A DNA stretch of 64,000 nt from assembly GCA_035534915.1 (NCBI GenBank), contig DATLQZ010000005.1, positions 6,123 through 70,122 of the forward strand. The letters are read 5' to 3'. The notes beneath the pieces were generated by a model. The model had not been told where the DNA came from. It did not search any database and worked only from the letters and a program-made list of their open reading frames with translations. This document shows, piece after piece, positions 45,851-56,617 of this stretch. The position numbers and the translations under genes were made by a program. This stretch comes from Candidatus Dormiibacterota bacterium. Its GTDB lineage: Bacteria; Chloroflexota; Dormibacteria; Aeolococcales; Bog-877. Within the stretch, counting starts at the first letter, position 1; every line of letters begins with the position of its first letter.

Positions 45851-46756
45851 CTAGGGATCCGGCGCAGAGGCGCCCGCCAGGCGAGGCGGCCGCGACCTCG
45901 GCCTGGCGACTACCCTAGTCGCCAGGAACGATCCGATCAAGATCATGGCGAAACCAGCCGCGGTCCCGGCCCCGAAGCGCTCGTGCAGGAGAGTCACTCC
46001 CAAGAGCACCGCGACCGCGGGATTTACGTAGGTGATCACGGTCGCCCGCACTGCCCCCACCTCGGAGACGAGCTGAAAAAAGAGGATGAAAGCCGCGGCG
46101 GTGCAGACGACCCCGAGGGCCACGAGCGCGGCCACGACACCCAGACTCGGCGGACGGGCGGGCGCCAGCAGGATGGCCGCGGGTAGGTACGCCACGGCGC
46201 ACAGAGCGAGCGAACAGGCGACCACGCCCACACCGGGAAGGTGGGAGAGATAACGGGAGAGGAGCTGAGGACCGACGGCATAACAGACGACGACCACAGC
46301 CATCTCCAAGGCGGGCACCGGGGTGACCGCTCCCAGGTCGAACCCAAGGACCGCCACCACCCCGGCCAGCCCGACCAGGAGACCGAGTAGCTGCGGGCCA
46401 GCCGGATGCTCACTGCGACCGGCTCGCAGCAGAATCACCGTTCCAACCAGGGGCACGGCGGCGACCAGAAGGCCAGATAGCGAACTGGACAGGTGAGTCT
46501 CGGCGTCGGACAGCAGGACCCACGGAAGTGCGATCTCGATTGCTGTGTACGCAAGCAGAGGACGCCAGGCCGCGAGCACAGTTCGGAGCTGGCGGCGATA
46601 CACCGCCAGCGGCATGAGGAGCAGGGCACCGATGGCCGTCCTGGCAAAGACCAGGGTAGGTGGGGACACGTCGGCGACGGCTACTCGAATGAGAAAGTAG
46701 GGCAGCCCCCAGATTACGCACATCGCCAGGAAGAGGGCCCAACCCCGCCTGCTCAA
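45851..46756 (-). CDS. EamA/DMT family transporter
   Basis: 301 aa, 10 TM, two EamA-like halves (CVIWGLPYFLIRVAV). Confidence 0.85.
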   Translation of the reverse strand: MSRRGWALFLAMCVIWGLPYFLIRVAVADVSPPTLVFARTAIGALLLMPLAVYRRQLRTVLAAWRPLLAYTAIEIALPWVLLSDAETHLSSSLSGLLVAAVPLVGTVILLRAGRSEHPAGPQLLGLLVGLAGVVAVLGFDLGAVTPVPALEMAVVVVCYAVGPQLLSRYLSHLPGVGVVACSLALCAVAYLPAAILLAPARPPSLGVVAALVALGVVCTAAAFILFFQLVSEVGAVRATVITYVNPAVAVLLGVTLLHERFGAGTAAGFAMILIGSFLATRVVARPRSRPPRLAGASAPDP

Positions 46757-47099
46757 GGTCGCCCTCCTGTCCAGCAGCTTATTCCCAGCACCGGGGATCT
46801 TCTTTCGGGGTCTGGCCCCCGCTCAACCCATCCATGGGCCGAGCGCGAGCGCTGACCTGGCAACCCAGCCTGCGAGGTCTCTGGCACGCTTCTGGTTTCG
46901 CCCCCCCCTTCGTCGGACTTCAGGCTACCAGCCCTGAGGTGGGCTTTGGGAGCGGCTGGCACACGCTCCTGGCGGATGTCAGGCGGAGATGGGTCCAACC
47001 AGCTGGGTGGCCCCGGCGCTGGGCCGGTGGCGCCGCTCTAAAGTTGGCGGCTGTGATGGACAACCAATTCAGGCCCTCGACGCGCTTCCGCAGCTCGCG

Positions 47100-47861
47100 A
47101 CGCGGCGTGTAGCGGCCGGAAACCTCGACCGTCGGATCGATGGCGTTCGTCCGATCTCCCCGCGCCGGGGCCACCCAAAGGTGGTCGCGATGTCGGACCT
47201 TTCCGGAGCTGGTTCGGGAGCTGGCGGGGCCTGCCTCCATGAGGCCCAAGTCGGCGCCCAACCCCGAGCTACTCCCTGGCATGTCAGCCGACCGTGCGGA
47301 AAGTCAACTCAAGTTCAACTTCACGCCCCGGAGGTAGTTCTCGGCACCCACACCCGGTCGGCCCCAGGCGGACTCCACCTACCGTTTGGTCACCACGATC
47401 CTGGATCCCAAGATGGCACCGGCGCATGAGCTGGCTGCACTCTACTCGGAGCGTTGGGAGTTGGAGTCCCCCCTGGACGAGCTCAAGACTCACCAGCGGG
47501 CCCCCGGGTGGTGCTGCGCTCCAAGACTCCGATGGGGTCTACCAGGAGGAGTAGGGCATGCTCTGCGTCCACTACGCGATTAGAGCCCTGCTCTACCAGG
47601 CCGCTCACGACAGCGACATCGACCCGACCGGGTGAGTCTCCCCAGTACCCTGCGAGCCGGACGCCGCAGCATCCGTCGGTCCGTGGGCGACAAGGTCAGC
47701 CTGGCCGCCGGGATAGTCCATGCCACCCACGAAATCCTCACAGAACTGCTACCACGTCGCCGCCTCCGCGCCAAGCCCAGGTCGTGCGTCGCACGACGAC
47801 CATCTTTGCCGTCAAGCGCCCCGAGCATCGCCATTGGCCTCAGCCCGCCCTGCCGACTCCG

Positions 47862-47891
<30 letters not shown>
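47100..47891 (+). mobile_element. decayed IS4-family transposase gene (multiple frameshifts and deletions)
   Basis: YRLVTTILDP..APAHELAALYSERWELESPLDELKTH is the Y-x2-R-x3-E DDE signature. It continues in other frames as VVLRSKTP..., then MLCVHYAIRALLYQAAHDSDIDP, and ends ...AIRILSPP* at 47891. The upstream part is compressed. Confidence 0.7.
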
Positions 47892-49812
<1,921 letters not shown>

Positions 49813-49825
49813 CGCTTATCACATA

Positions 49826-49952
49826 CTACGAGGTTCGGCCGACTCCAGTGCCAGCCGACCCGAACTCATGGGGTGGGCTCGACCACAACACCGCCACCTC
49901 GGCAGCCCTCCGGGTCCTCTCACCACCCCAAGGTTACGGGCGTTGGCCTTAG
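49826..49952 (+). mobile_element. solo 3' remnant of a second IS4-family transposase gene
   Basis: Frame reads ...YYEVRPTPVPADPNSW...TATSAALRVLSPPQGYGRWP*, parallel to ...IFAVKRPEHRHWPQPALPTPAAIRILSPP* of the larger remnant at 47.8 kb. Confidence 0.45.
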
Positions 49953-49957
49953 CCCGG
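49901..49957 (+). repeat. copy B of ~55-nt direct repeat
   Basis: See copy A. The 14-nt identical core is at 49915-49928, 2040 nt from copy A in the same orientation. Confidence 0.6.
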
Positions 49958-50004
49958 ATTTACCGACGCCGACCAGAACCTTGCCAGGCTGACCGCCAGA
50001 AGCC

Positions 50005-50079
<75 letters not shown>

Positions 50080-50089
50080 CGGCTGAGGT

Positions 50090-50128
50090 AAAAAGGGGAG
50101 GAAGACAGACCGGTCCTGGGTCACCTCC
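50090..50128 (-). terminator. possible terminator or processing hairpin between the small gene and tRNA-Arg
   Basis: Minus strand GGAGG...(GACCGGTC palindrome)...CCTCC followed by CCTTTTTA. The long loop makes it atypical. Confidence 0.3.
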
Positions 50129-50136
50129 GACTCAGA

Positions 50137-50454
50137 CTACTCGTCCTCGTCGCCGATGGTGAACATCAGCCCATCCTGGACGTCGTACAGGGCGTCCATC
50201 CAGTCCGCAATGGCCACCTCCTCGGCACGTCCCCGCCCAAGGGGGTGGCTCTCCCGAGCCAGGAGCTTGCGGCATTGGGTCCGAAGTGGCGTAGGCACCA
50301 CCACCTCCTCAACGATGTTGAGCTGCTCGAGCTCATTCAGAAGCCGATCGATGTAGAGGATCTTGTTGCGGCGGGCGTTCCGCTCACGGCGGGTGAGATG
50401 GTCGACCTCATAAAGCTTGGAGATCTCATGGGAGGTTTCAGCAATGGTAGACAA
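50137..50454 (-). CDS. hypothetical 105-aa protein (helical, acidic C-terminus)
   Basis: TTG start with an AAGGGA SD 8 nt upstream, own consensus-like promoter, acidic tail GDEDE. No motif recognised. Confidence 0.65.
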   Translation of the reverse strand: MSTIAETSHEISKLYEVDHLTRRERNARRNKILYIDRLLNELEQLNIVEEVVVPTPLRTQCRKLLARESHPLGRGRAEEVAIADWMDALYDVQDGLMFTIGDEDE

Positions 50455-50529
50455 AGTCGATCCCTTGAAGTGAAAGCGGTGCGGACGAGCGTTCTGCGCT
50501 CAACTGTGGTTTGCGGATTATCTGGACCC

Positions 50530-50558
50530 ATCCTAGATCGCTGGGTCACGATCGTCAA
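50530..50558 (-). promoter_or_regulatory. sigma70-like promoter of the 105-aa gene
   Basis: Minus strand TTGACG-N17-TAGGAT. Predicts a ~70-nt 5' UTR. Confidence 0.5.
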
Positions 50559-50735
50559 GACTTCGTCGCAGTTCCCATCGTCTCGTCGACCCGCAGCTGC
50601 CTCGAGATTCTCCCTGTGTTCTCAGCTCACTCTTAGGCAGTCGGTGCCTGAGCCGCCGTGGCGCCAGCCAATATGTACGTCAGCATGCAGGGTGAGGCCG
50701 TGGACGACCCCGCAGCCGACGGGAAGGTCGGAGGG

Positions 50736-50984
50736 TCAACCGCCCCCCCACGTACCCGGGCGGCCGCGGCGTTGCTGGCCCCGATGGCGATAGCTCAGCT
50801 CGAGCACCAACTGTTCCACCGCTGCGCGTGCCTCCACGATTCGCTCCAGGCTGGGATCATCCACCGCCATTGCGGCCGCCATCAAGGTGTCGAGACGCCG
50901 CTGCACCGAGCGAGAGTCCCGCAACAACCCCGCAGTCCGCCTGAGCGCCGTCTGGTCGCCTCCGCCGTCTAAGCTCGCTGGCAC
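50736..50984 (-). CDS. hypothetical helical protein
   Basis: 82-aa ORF (GTG start) 37 nt downstream of the birA stop. GC3 is moderately high. No motif recognised. Confidence 0.3.
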   Translation of the reverse strand: MPASLDGGGDQTALRRTAGLLRDSRSVQRRLDTLMAAAMAVDDPSLERIVEARAAVEQLVLELSYRHRGQQRRGRPGTWGGG

Positions 50985-51020
50985 ATCGCCCAGCCTAAGC
51001 CCTAGCCTGGGAAGCCGTCG

Positions 51021-51893
51021 TCAGGAGGAGCCGGCCGCCGTCAGCCGCAGCGAGCCTCCGGGTAGTTTCGCCAGATCACCGGCCGCCACCCTGGTTTCCT
51101 GCCCACCCTGCTCCAGTCGAAGCGTTCCGTCGGCGGCGACCCCCACGAGTAGTCCGGAGAGTCGGCGTCCCGGGAGCGAGACCTCGACTTCCCGGCCCAT
51201 CCATGCCATCCGGTCCTGCCATAGCTCCCGCATAGGCGCGAAACCGCCTGTCCGCCACTGCCGATACCGGCGTTCGAGGTTGAGCAGGAGACTCGCGGCC
51301 AGCTCTGTGAAGTCTACCGGCGCGCCATGGAGGTCCAGCGCCGTGGCTCCTGGTCCCGGCCGCAAAGCCTCCGGCAGGGATGACCAGGCCACGTTGCACC
51401 CGACTCCGAGGGCCAGACCTGGAGGACCCTGAGAGGTCCCCTCCATTAGGAGTCCAGCAACCTTCTGTCCGCTCACCATGCAATCGTTCGGCCACTTCAA
51501 CTGGACAGGTGGGCCCCCCACACCTTCGATTCCCTCGGCTACGGCGAGCCCGGCCGCCAAGGCGAGGGACCCGCTGCCCTCGGCAAGAGAAGGTGGGCGC
51601 CACAAGAGCGAGAACATCAGGGAGGTGCCGGCGGGCGCAACCCACCTTCGCCCCGCTCTCCCCCGCCCCGCCTCCTGGTGATCGGCGAAGACGACAAGCC
51701 CTTCCCCAATCCCCCCTGCTATTGCGCTAAGAACCACGTCCTGGGTGCTTGCGACTTGGCTCTGGAAGCGGGTGTCAAGCCGCATACCCGCCGCAGACAG
51801 CAAGCGCCTAAGTCGAGCTGGGTCCAGCCGCCGCTGCTGCTGGTTGGAGGGAGGCCGCCCAGCCTCGTCCGCACTTTCTGAACTCGTGGGCAC
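51021..51893 (-). CDS. birA: biotin--[acetyl-CoA-carboxylase] ligase (group I, no HTH)
   Basis: VFADHQEAGRGRAGRRW and LKWPNDCMVSGQKVAGLL motifs. The N-terminus LDPARLRRLL... parallels mycobacterial BirA, so GTG 51893 is chosen. The track ORF extends to 52067. Confidence 0.85.
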   Translation of the reverse strand: MPTSSESADEAGRPPSNQQQRRLDPARLRRLLSAAGMRLDTRFQSQVASTQDVVLSAIAGGIGEGLVVFADHQEAGRGRAGRRWVAPAGTSLMFSLLWRPPSLAEGSGSLALAAGLAVAEGIEGVGGPPVQLKWPNDCMVSGQKVAGLLMEGTSQGPPGLALGVGCNVAWSSLPEALRPGPGATALDLHGAPVDFTELAASLLLNLERRYRQWRTGGFAPMRELWQDRMAWMGREVEVSLPGRRLSGLLVGVAADGTLRLEQGGQETRVAAGDLAKLPGGSLRLTAAGSS

Positions 51894-51912
51894 TCCCTTA
51901 TACTGCCGCCTA

Positions 51913-52437
51913 GTGGAGAACTGGGAGCGGATCGAGCTCTTCAGCTCCTTCCTCAAGTTGACCGGAGACATCGAGATCGTGCCCCCTTTGAGGCTGACCG
52001 ATGTGGTCAACCGGATGACGGAGTACATGGAGGTGCGCCAACTCACGTTGGAGCCACTGGCAAGCACCTATCCCGTGATCAGCACCGTCGAGGAGGCGGC
52101 CATGCTCTCTAAGCGCTCCATCCTCATCATCGCGCCGGTTGGGGAGAACAGCGCTGACATGGGGGGCAGGCGGGCGCTGCTGGAGCACAAGGTGGCCCAC
52201 CAGGTAGCTCTGACGATCGACACCTTTTCGCTGGTCTGTGAGGTGTTCCTCGAGCCCCGCTTGAGTCTGCGGGAGACGCTGGAACGCAGTGTCGACGACT
52301 TCCTAGCGGTGCGTAACCTGAACGCTGTGTGGCTGCCTGCTCTCACTCACGAGCGGGTCACCATTCAGCGTCCCTTCGCCCTGGTGCACCCGCGGCAAAT
52401 TCTCAGCTTCTCAGAGCGGGGAGCCACCTCTCTTTGA
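51913..52437 (+). CDS. hypothetical protein with two tandem copies of a small beta-rich domain
   Basis: GTG 51913. Repeat 1 is FLKLTGDIEIVPPLRLTDVVNRMTEYMEVRQLTL...ILIIAPV. Repeat 2 is FSLVCEVFLEPRLSLRETLERSVDDFLAVRNLNAV...ALVHPRQILSFSE. Confidence 0.55.
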   Translation: MENWERIELFSSFLKLTGDIEIVPPLRLTDVVNRMTEYMEVRQLTLEPLASTYPVISTVEEAAMLSKRSILIIAPVGENSADMGGRRALLEHKVAHQVALTIDTFSLVCEVFLEPRLSLRETLERSVDDFLAVRNLNAVWLPALTHERVTIQRPFALVHPRQILSFSERGATSL

Positions 52438-52447
52438 ACTGCCCGGG

Positions 52448-53236
52448 ATGACCGACCTGGGCAGCTCCATGATGCGGGATGCCGCCACAGTTGTCCTGCT
52501 CCGCGCTCCCGCGACCGCCGGCGCCGCCCCCGAGGTGCTATTGCTGAGCAGACCGGCGACCGCTAAGTTCGCGCCCGGCACCCAGGTGTTCCCCGGCGGC
52601 TCGGTGGATCCGGCTGACGAGGATCCTCTGTGGGCGCCCCTGCTGGGCTCCGATTCCACCGCTCCGGATGCTTCCACGCCGGCGCCTTCGATCAAGCTCG
52701 CGGGAGTCCGAGAGACCTACGAGGAGTCCGGGGTCCTGCTGGCTCGCGGTTCAGGCGGAGCACCGTGCACCAGAGCCCAGTTGGCCGCCGTGGAAGTGGT
52801 GCGGCCCCAGCTGCGGTCGGGGGACGCACCGGCCCTGCGGAGGATTTTGGAGACGGTTGGCTTGCAACCGGACCTGGTGGGCCTGGTGTTCTGCGCCCAC
52901 TGGATCACCCCGGAAGGGCTGCCCCGTCGGTTCGACACCAGATTTTTCATGGCCGCTCTGCCCCCGGGCCAGATTCCCGCGGCGGATCCGATGGGAGAGC
53001 ACAGTTCCATGCGCTGGGTTGACCCGGGCACCGCGCTGGAGGAGGCGCGACAGGGTCTCTGCCAACTGCTCCCGCCGACTCGGGCCGTGTTGGCTCAGAT
53101 CGCCTGCTCGCACGCGGTGGAGGAGGCGCTGGCGACCGCCAGGGAGAGTCCAGTGGTCACGATCCAGCCCCAGCTTGGGGATGTCAACCCGGAGCGCTAC
53201 CCCGGTCTGGACATCTCGACCTTGCGGGGGCATTAG
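52448..53236 (+). CDS. NUDIX hydrolase
   Basis: Nudix box around FPGGSVD...AGVRETYEESGVLL. Confidence 0.8.
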   Translation: MTDLGSSMMRDAATVVLLRAPATAGAAPEVLLLSRPATAKFAPGTQVFPGGSVDPADEDPLWAPLLGSDSTAPDASTPAPSIKLAGVRETYEESGVLLARGSGGAPCTRAQLAAVEVVRPQLRSGDAPALRRILETVGLQPDLVGLVFCAHWITPEGLPRRFDTRFFMAALPPGQIPAADPMGEHSSMRWVDPGTALEEARQGLCQLLPPTRAVLAQIACSHAVEEALATARESPVVTIQPQLGDVNPERYPGLDISTLRGH

Positions 53237-53238
53237 CG

Positions 53239-54042
53239 GTGGCGTCTGGACACGTCGCGCTGGTCAGAGCCCCAAACCCGGGGCCCTTCACCGGTCCCGG
53301 GACCAACACGTGGATCTTCGGAAGCGAAGAGTCCGTGGTCATCGACCCCGGACCACTGATCGAGGACCACCTCCAGGCGGTGGTGCGAGCCGCCGAGCAG
53401 ATCGGGCGTGTCGTGGCAGTTATCTGCACCCATCATCACGCCGACCACCGCGACGGGGCTGAGCGGCTGTGCGAGCTCACCGGAGCTCCTCTGGCGCTGT
53501 TTCACCAGCAGGCCCGGCGAGCCGACGATCTGCCCCTGCACCACGGCGATCGAGTGATCGCAGGTGGAACCGAACTTCTGGTCCTGCACACGCCGGGACA
53601 CGCCTCTGACCACATCTGCCTCTTGGGCGAGGCCGAGCGTGTGCTCTTCACCGGCGATCACATTCTTTCGGGCACCACCAGCGTGATCTGGCCGCCCGAC
53701 GGAGATATGACGGCTTATCTGCGGTCTCTCGAGCTCGTCCGCCAGCGGCAGGTTGATCGGTTGCTGCCAGGTCACGGTGACGCAATCGAGGATCCCAGCG
53801 CGGCTGTCTCCGCTCTCATCGAACATCGCCTAGAGCGGGAGCGGCAGATTCTGGGGCGGATTAGACAAGGTGCCTCTACCCCTGCGTCGATAGTCACTGC
53901 CCTCTACTCCGATTACGCTGACGAGCTGTGGGAAGCAGCCGGAAAAACCGTGCTGGCCCACTGCCTGCGGCTGGTGTACCTGGGGCAGGTGAGTCAGACA
54001 GGGGCAGCTGACTCGCCCGTGTTCGAGGCGGTCCCTGGCTAA
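53239..54042 (+). CDS. MBL-fold metallo-hydrolase
   Basis: ICTHHHADHRDG, HTPGHASDH and LPGHG motifs. Confidence 0.9.
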   Translation: MASGHVALVRAPNPGPFTGPGTNTWIFGSEESVVIDPGPLIEDHLQAVVRAAEQIGRVVAVICTHHHADHRDGAERLCELTGAPLALFHQQARRADDLPLHHGDRVIAGGTELLVLHTPGHASDHICLLGEAERVLFTGDHILSGTTSVIWPPDGDMTAYLRSLELVRQRQVDRLLPGHGDAIEDPSAAVSALIEHRLERERQILGRIRQGASTPASIVTALYSDYADELWEAAGKTVLAHCLRLVYLGQVSQTGAADSPVFEAVPG

Positions 54043-55571
54043 TCCAGGTGGAACGGCAGGTGGGCTAAGGTCCTGGTCATGACCCCTGTCGGACCCTTGG
54101 GCACCAGCCGCGCCAACGGCGGCTCGGCGTGGTATGACGAGGCGGCGATGTCGAGATGCACCCAAGGTCGGTCGGCCACAAACTCCCGGATGAAGATCGC
54201 CCCGTTTATGGTTCCCGCGGCGGGCGTGCCGGAAGTGTTACGGATGTCGGCTATGTCGCAGGTTAGCGCCACGTCGTGCTCGGGAAGCAGGGGCAGCTCC
54301 CAGATCCGTTCACCGGCCTCCAGCGATGACGCCCGGACTGCCTCCAAGAGCTCCCGACTGTTGCTCATCGCTGCGGTCACAGAGTGCCCCAGAGCGATCG
54401 AGACGGCCCCCGTCAAGGTGGCCACATCCACCAAGTGCGTCGCGCCCTGGCTTATGGCGTAGCAGAGGGCATCGGCCAGAACCAGGCGCCCCTCCGCGTC
54501 GGTGTTGTTGATCTCAATGGTCTTGCCGTTCATCGCGGTGACCACATCCCCCGGCTTGGTCGCTCCCCCGCCGGGCATATTCTCGGTCAATGGCGCGACG
54601 GCGATCACCTCCACACGTGGCTCCGTTCGAGCGATCACCCCCATCGCTTGCACAACTGCGGCGGCTCCGCTCATGTCGGACTTCATAGTGACCATGCCGG
54701 GATTGGGCTTGAGGGAAATCCCCCCAGTGTCAAAGGTGATCCCCTTGCCAACCAGAGCCAGTACTCGTCCCGACCGATCCGATGACCGCGGTTTGAAGCG
54801 CAGCAGAACCATTTTTGGAGGCTGATGGGAACCGCGGGCGACCGACAGCAGGGCCCCCATGCCCAATCTCTCCATCTCCTGACGCTCCACAACCTTGATG
54901 CTGAGCCCTGCGGACTTCGCAAGCCGCTCCGCCTCTACCACGAAGTCGGCCGGGGTCAGCCGGTTGCTCGGCCGCCACTGCAGGACCCGGGTCGCATTGG
55001 TCGCGTCCGCCAGACGGACTCCTGCAGCCAGCGCAGCGGAGAGATCGGACCCCGTCCCCAGCCCAACGACTAGGAGCTCTTCGATCTCAGCCTTCGACTC
55101 CGCCTCTTTGAGCTCTCCGAGGTGGAAGTTGCCGAGTCCAATCCCCTCCGCGATCGCACGCGCTGGCGCTTGGGGCGCCTGTCCCGTGGCTGGTACGGCG
55201 AGGGCATCCCGCACGGCGGGATCCACCACCACCGCGACCAACCGGCAGAAGCGCCTGGTGTCCCGCCCCACGAATTGAAGAGCGTTGCGCAGTCTGTAGC
55301 CGTCTAGCAAGCGTCTCGCCCCGAGGCTGAGAAAGAGCACCCGAGGAGCGGACATGCGGCCCATCGTCGGCAGTATTTTCCGCTCTGGAAATTGTCCCGT
55401 CGCCTCGTTGGATTCGAGCATCTTGGAAAAGATCGAGTCGAGGGCGCTGTCGGCTGCGGCCGCTTGCGGGCCTAGAGCCTCCCCGGGAAAGTAGGGGATC
55501 ACGACAACGTCCGCGCGGATCTTGGTTACTTCGGTCTCAGCTGCCTTGGCCTGCAATCGGGATACCTCCAT
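54039..55571 (-). CDS. pepA: leucyl aminopeptidase (M17)
   Basis: GKGITFDTGGISLKP, MKSDMSGAAAV and NTDAEGRLVLADAL motifs. Confidence 0.95.
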   Translation of the reverse strand: MEVSRLQAKAAETEVTKIRADVVVIPYFPGEALGPQAAAADSALDSIFSKMLESNEATGQFPERKILPTMGRMSAPRVLFLSLGARRLLDGYRLRNALQFVGRDTRRFCRLVAVVVDPAVRDALAVPATGQAPQAPARAIAEGIGLGNFHLGELKEAESKAEIEELLVVGLGTGSDLSAALAAGVRLADATNATRVLQWRPSNRLTPADFVVEAERLAKSAGLSIKVVERQEMERLGMGALLSVARGSHQPPKMVLLRFKPRSSDRSGRVLALVGKGITFDTGGISLKPNPGMVTMKSDMSGAAAVVQAMGVIARTEPRVEVIAVAPLTENMPGGGATKPGDVVTAMNGKTIEINNTDAEGRLVLADALCYAISQGATHLVDVATLTGAVSIALGHSVTAAMSNSRELLEAVRASSLEAGERIWELPLLPEHDVALTCDIADIRNTSGTPAAGTINGAIFIREFVADRPWVHLDIAASSYHAEPPLARLVPKGPTGVMTRTLAHLPFHLD

Positions 55572-55585
55572 CTGGGTGATTGGGG

Positions 55586-55795
55586 TCAGCCGTCGGCGAC
55601 CCCTTCGGACGCGGATTCGGGCGCGACGTCGCGCCGCCGGCCAAGGCCGGCTCGCAGACGTTCCACGTCCTCTGGCGTAAAGCGATTCCGGCCCATACCA
55701 TCGACCGCGGTGGGACGAGCTCGGCCCTCACGGATCCAGTTGATGATCACCTGAGGCTTGACACCAAGAAGGCGCCCGACATCGACGGGCCCCAA
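55586..55795 (-). CDS. excisionase/MerR-like helix-turn-helix DNA-binding protein
   Basis: 69 aa. VGRLLGVKPQVIINWIREGR...RFTPEDVERL is an HTH_17-like pattern. Lies 15 nt upstream of pepA. Confidence 0.6.
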   Translation of the reverse strand: MGPVDVGRLLGVKPQVIINWIREGRARPTAVDGMGRNRFTPEDVERLRAGLGRRRDVAPESASEGVADG

Positions 55796-55814
55796 CAGTT
55801 GAGCGTCATCCCTC

Positions 55815-56105
55815 TTAGTGATGGGGATCGAACCTCACCGACGTCAACTGAGGGATCCACTCCCTCAGCGCGGCCTCGACCTGGCGCCGCAGGCCAGGAG
55901 TCAGTACCACCACATAGTTGGAGGACGGATGCGCCTGGACGACGACCTCGCCAGGGCTGGGCTGGGTGACGTTCAGGCTGTCCGCCGCGGGACCGGACTC
56001 CACCACCGCTCGCACCCGCGCTGTCAATTCAAGGTCGTCCACGGTGACAATGATGGCACCAAGCACCCAGTTCCGTCCCCGGTCCGACCGTTGGGACCCC
56101 TTCAT
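55815..56105 (-). CDS. hypothetical 96-aa protein
   Basis: ATG at 56105. The track ORF (to 56516) has an implausible upstream extension. No motif recognised. Confidence 0.4.
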   Translation of the reverse strand: MKGSQRSDRGRNWVLGAIIVTVDDLELTARVRAVVESGPAADSLNVTQPSPGEVVVQAHPSSNYVVVLTPGLRRQVEAALREWIPQLTSVRFDPHH

Positions 56106-56258
56106 GGCGTGCCTCTCCCCGGGGGCGCCGTACCTCCTCCTCCAGCCGCTCATCCCCCGCCCGGATGGCATCGGATCGGGTGGGCAGGCCCCGCCCTCTC
56201 CCGGTGCGCTCACCCGTAATCCGGTCCGATCAGGGTGCGATTCGGCATAATCGCCGCG

Positions 56259-56594
56259 ATGGCCGACTTCGTCCCTGTTTGCAAGGCGGTCGACATCCCC
56301 GCGGGAACCGGCACCGTGATCGACGCTGATGGAGTGGAGATCGCGGTGTTCAATACCGAGGGGGTGTTCCACGCCCTCGAGAACGCCTGCGCCAGCGGCG
56401 GCTCGATCGGCGAGGGGGAACTGCGTGGCCACGTCGTCACCTGCCCACTCGACGGGGAGACCTACGATGTGCGGTCTGGCATCTCGCCCATCTCCGACGC
56501 GATCTTCGTTCGCCATTTCGACGTGCGTCTGAACAACCGCGGCGAGGTGCTGGTGCGATTGGAGCCCACCGAAGACGAGGACGATCAGCTCTGA
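56259..56594 (+). CDS. Rieske-fold/NirD-like small protein lacking both cluster His ligands
   Basis: VCKAVDIPAG...FHALENACASGGSIGEGEL.GHVVTCPLDGETYDVRSG. The CxH box is CAS and the CxxH box is CPLD. Confidence 0.65.
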   Translation: MADFVPVCKAVDIPAGTGTVIDADGVEIAVFNTEGVFHALENACASGGSIGEGELRGHVVTCPLDGETYDVRSGISPISDAIFVRHFDVRLNNRGEVLVRLEPTEDEDDQL

Positions 56595-56617
56595 GTCAGC
56601 GACTGGCCGCCATCGAC

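Noticed and set aside
46920-47282. Minus-strand ORF with faint integrase-like strings (DHLWVA..., RYTPRRELRKRVEGLNWL).
   Set aside because: The motif order and spacing are wrong for DDE/retroviral-type integrases. The region is better explained as the decayed plus-strand IS4 transposase.
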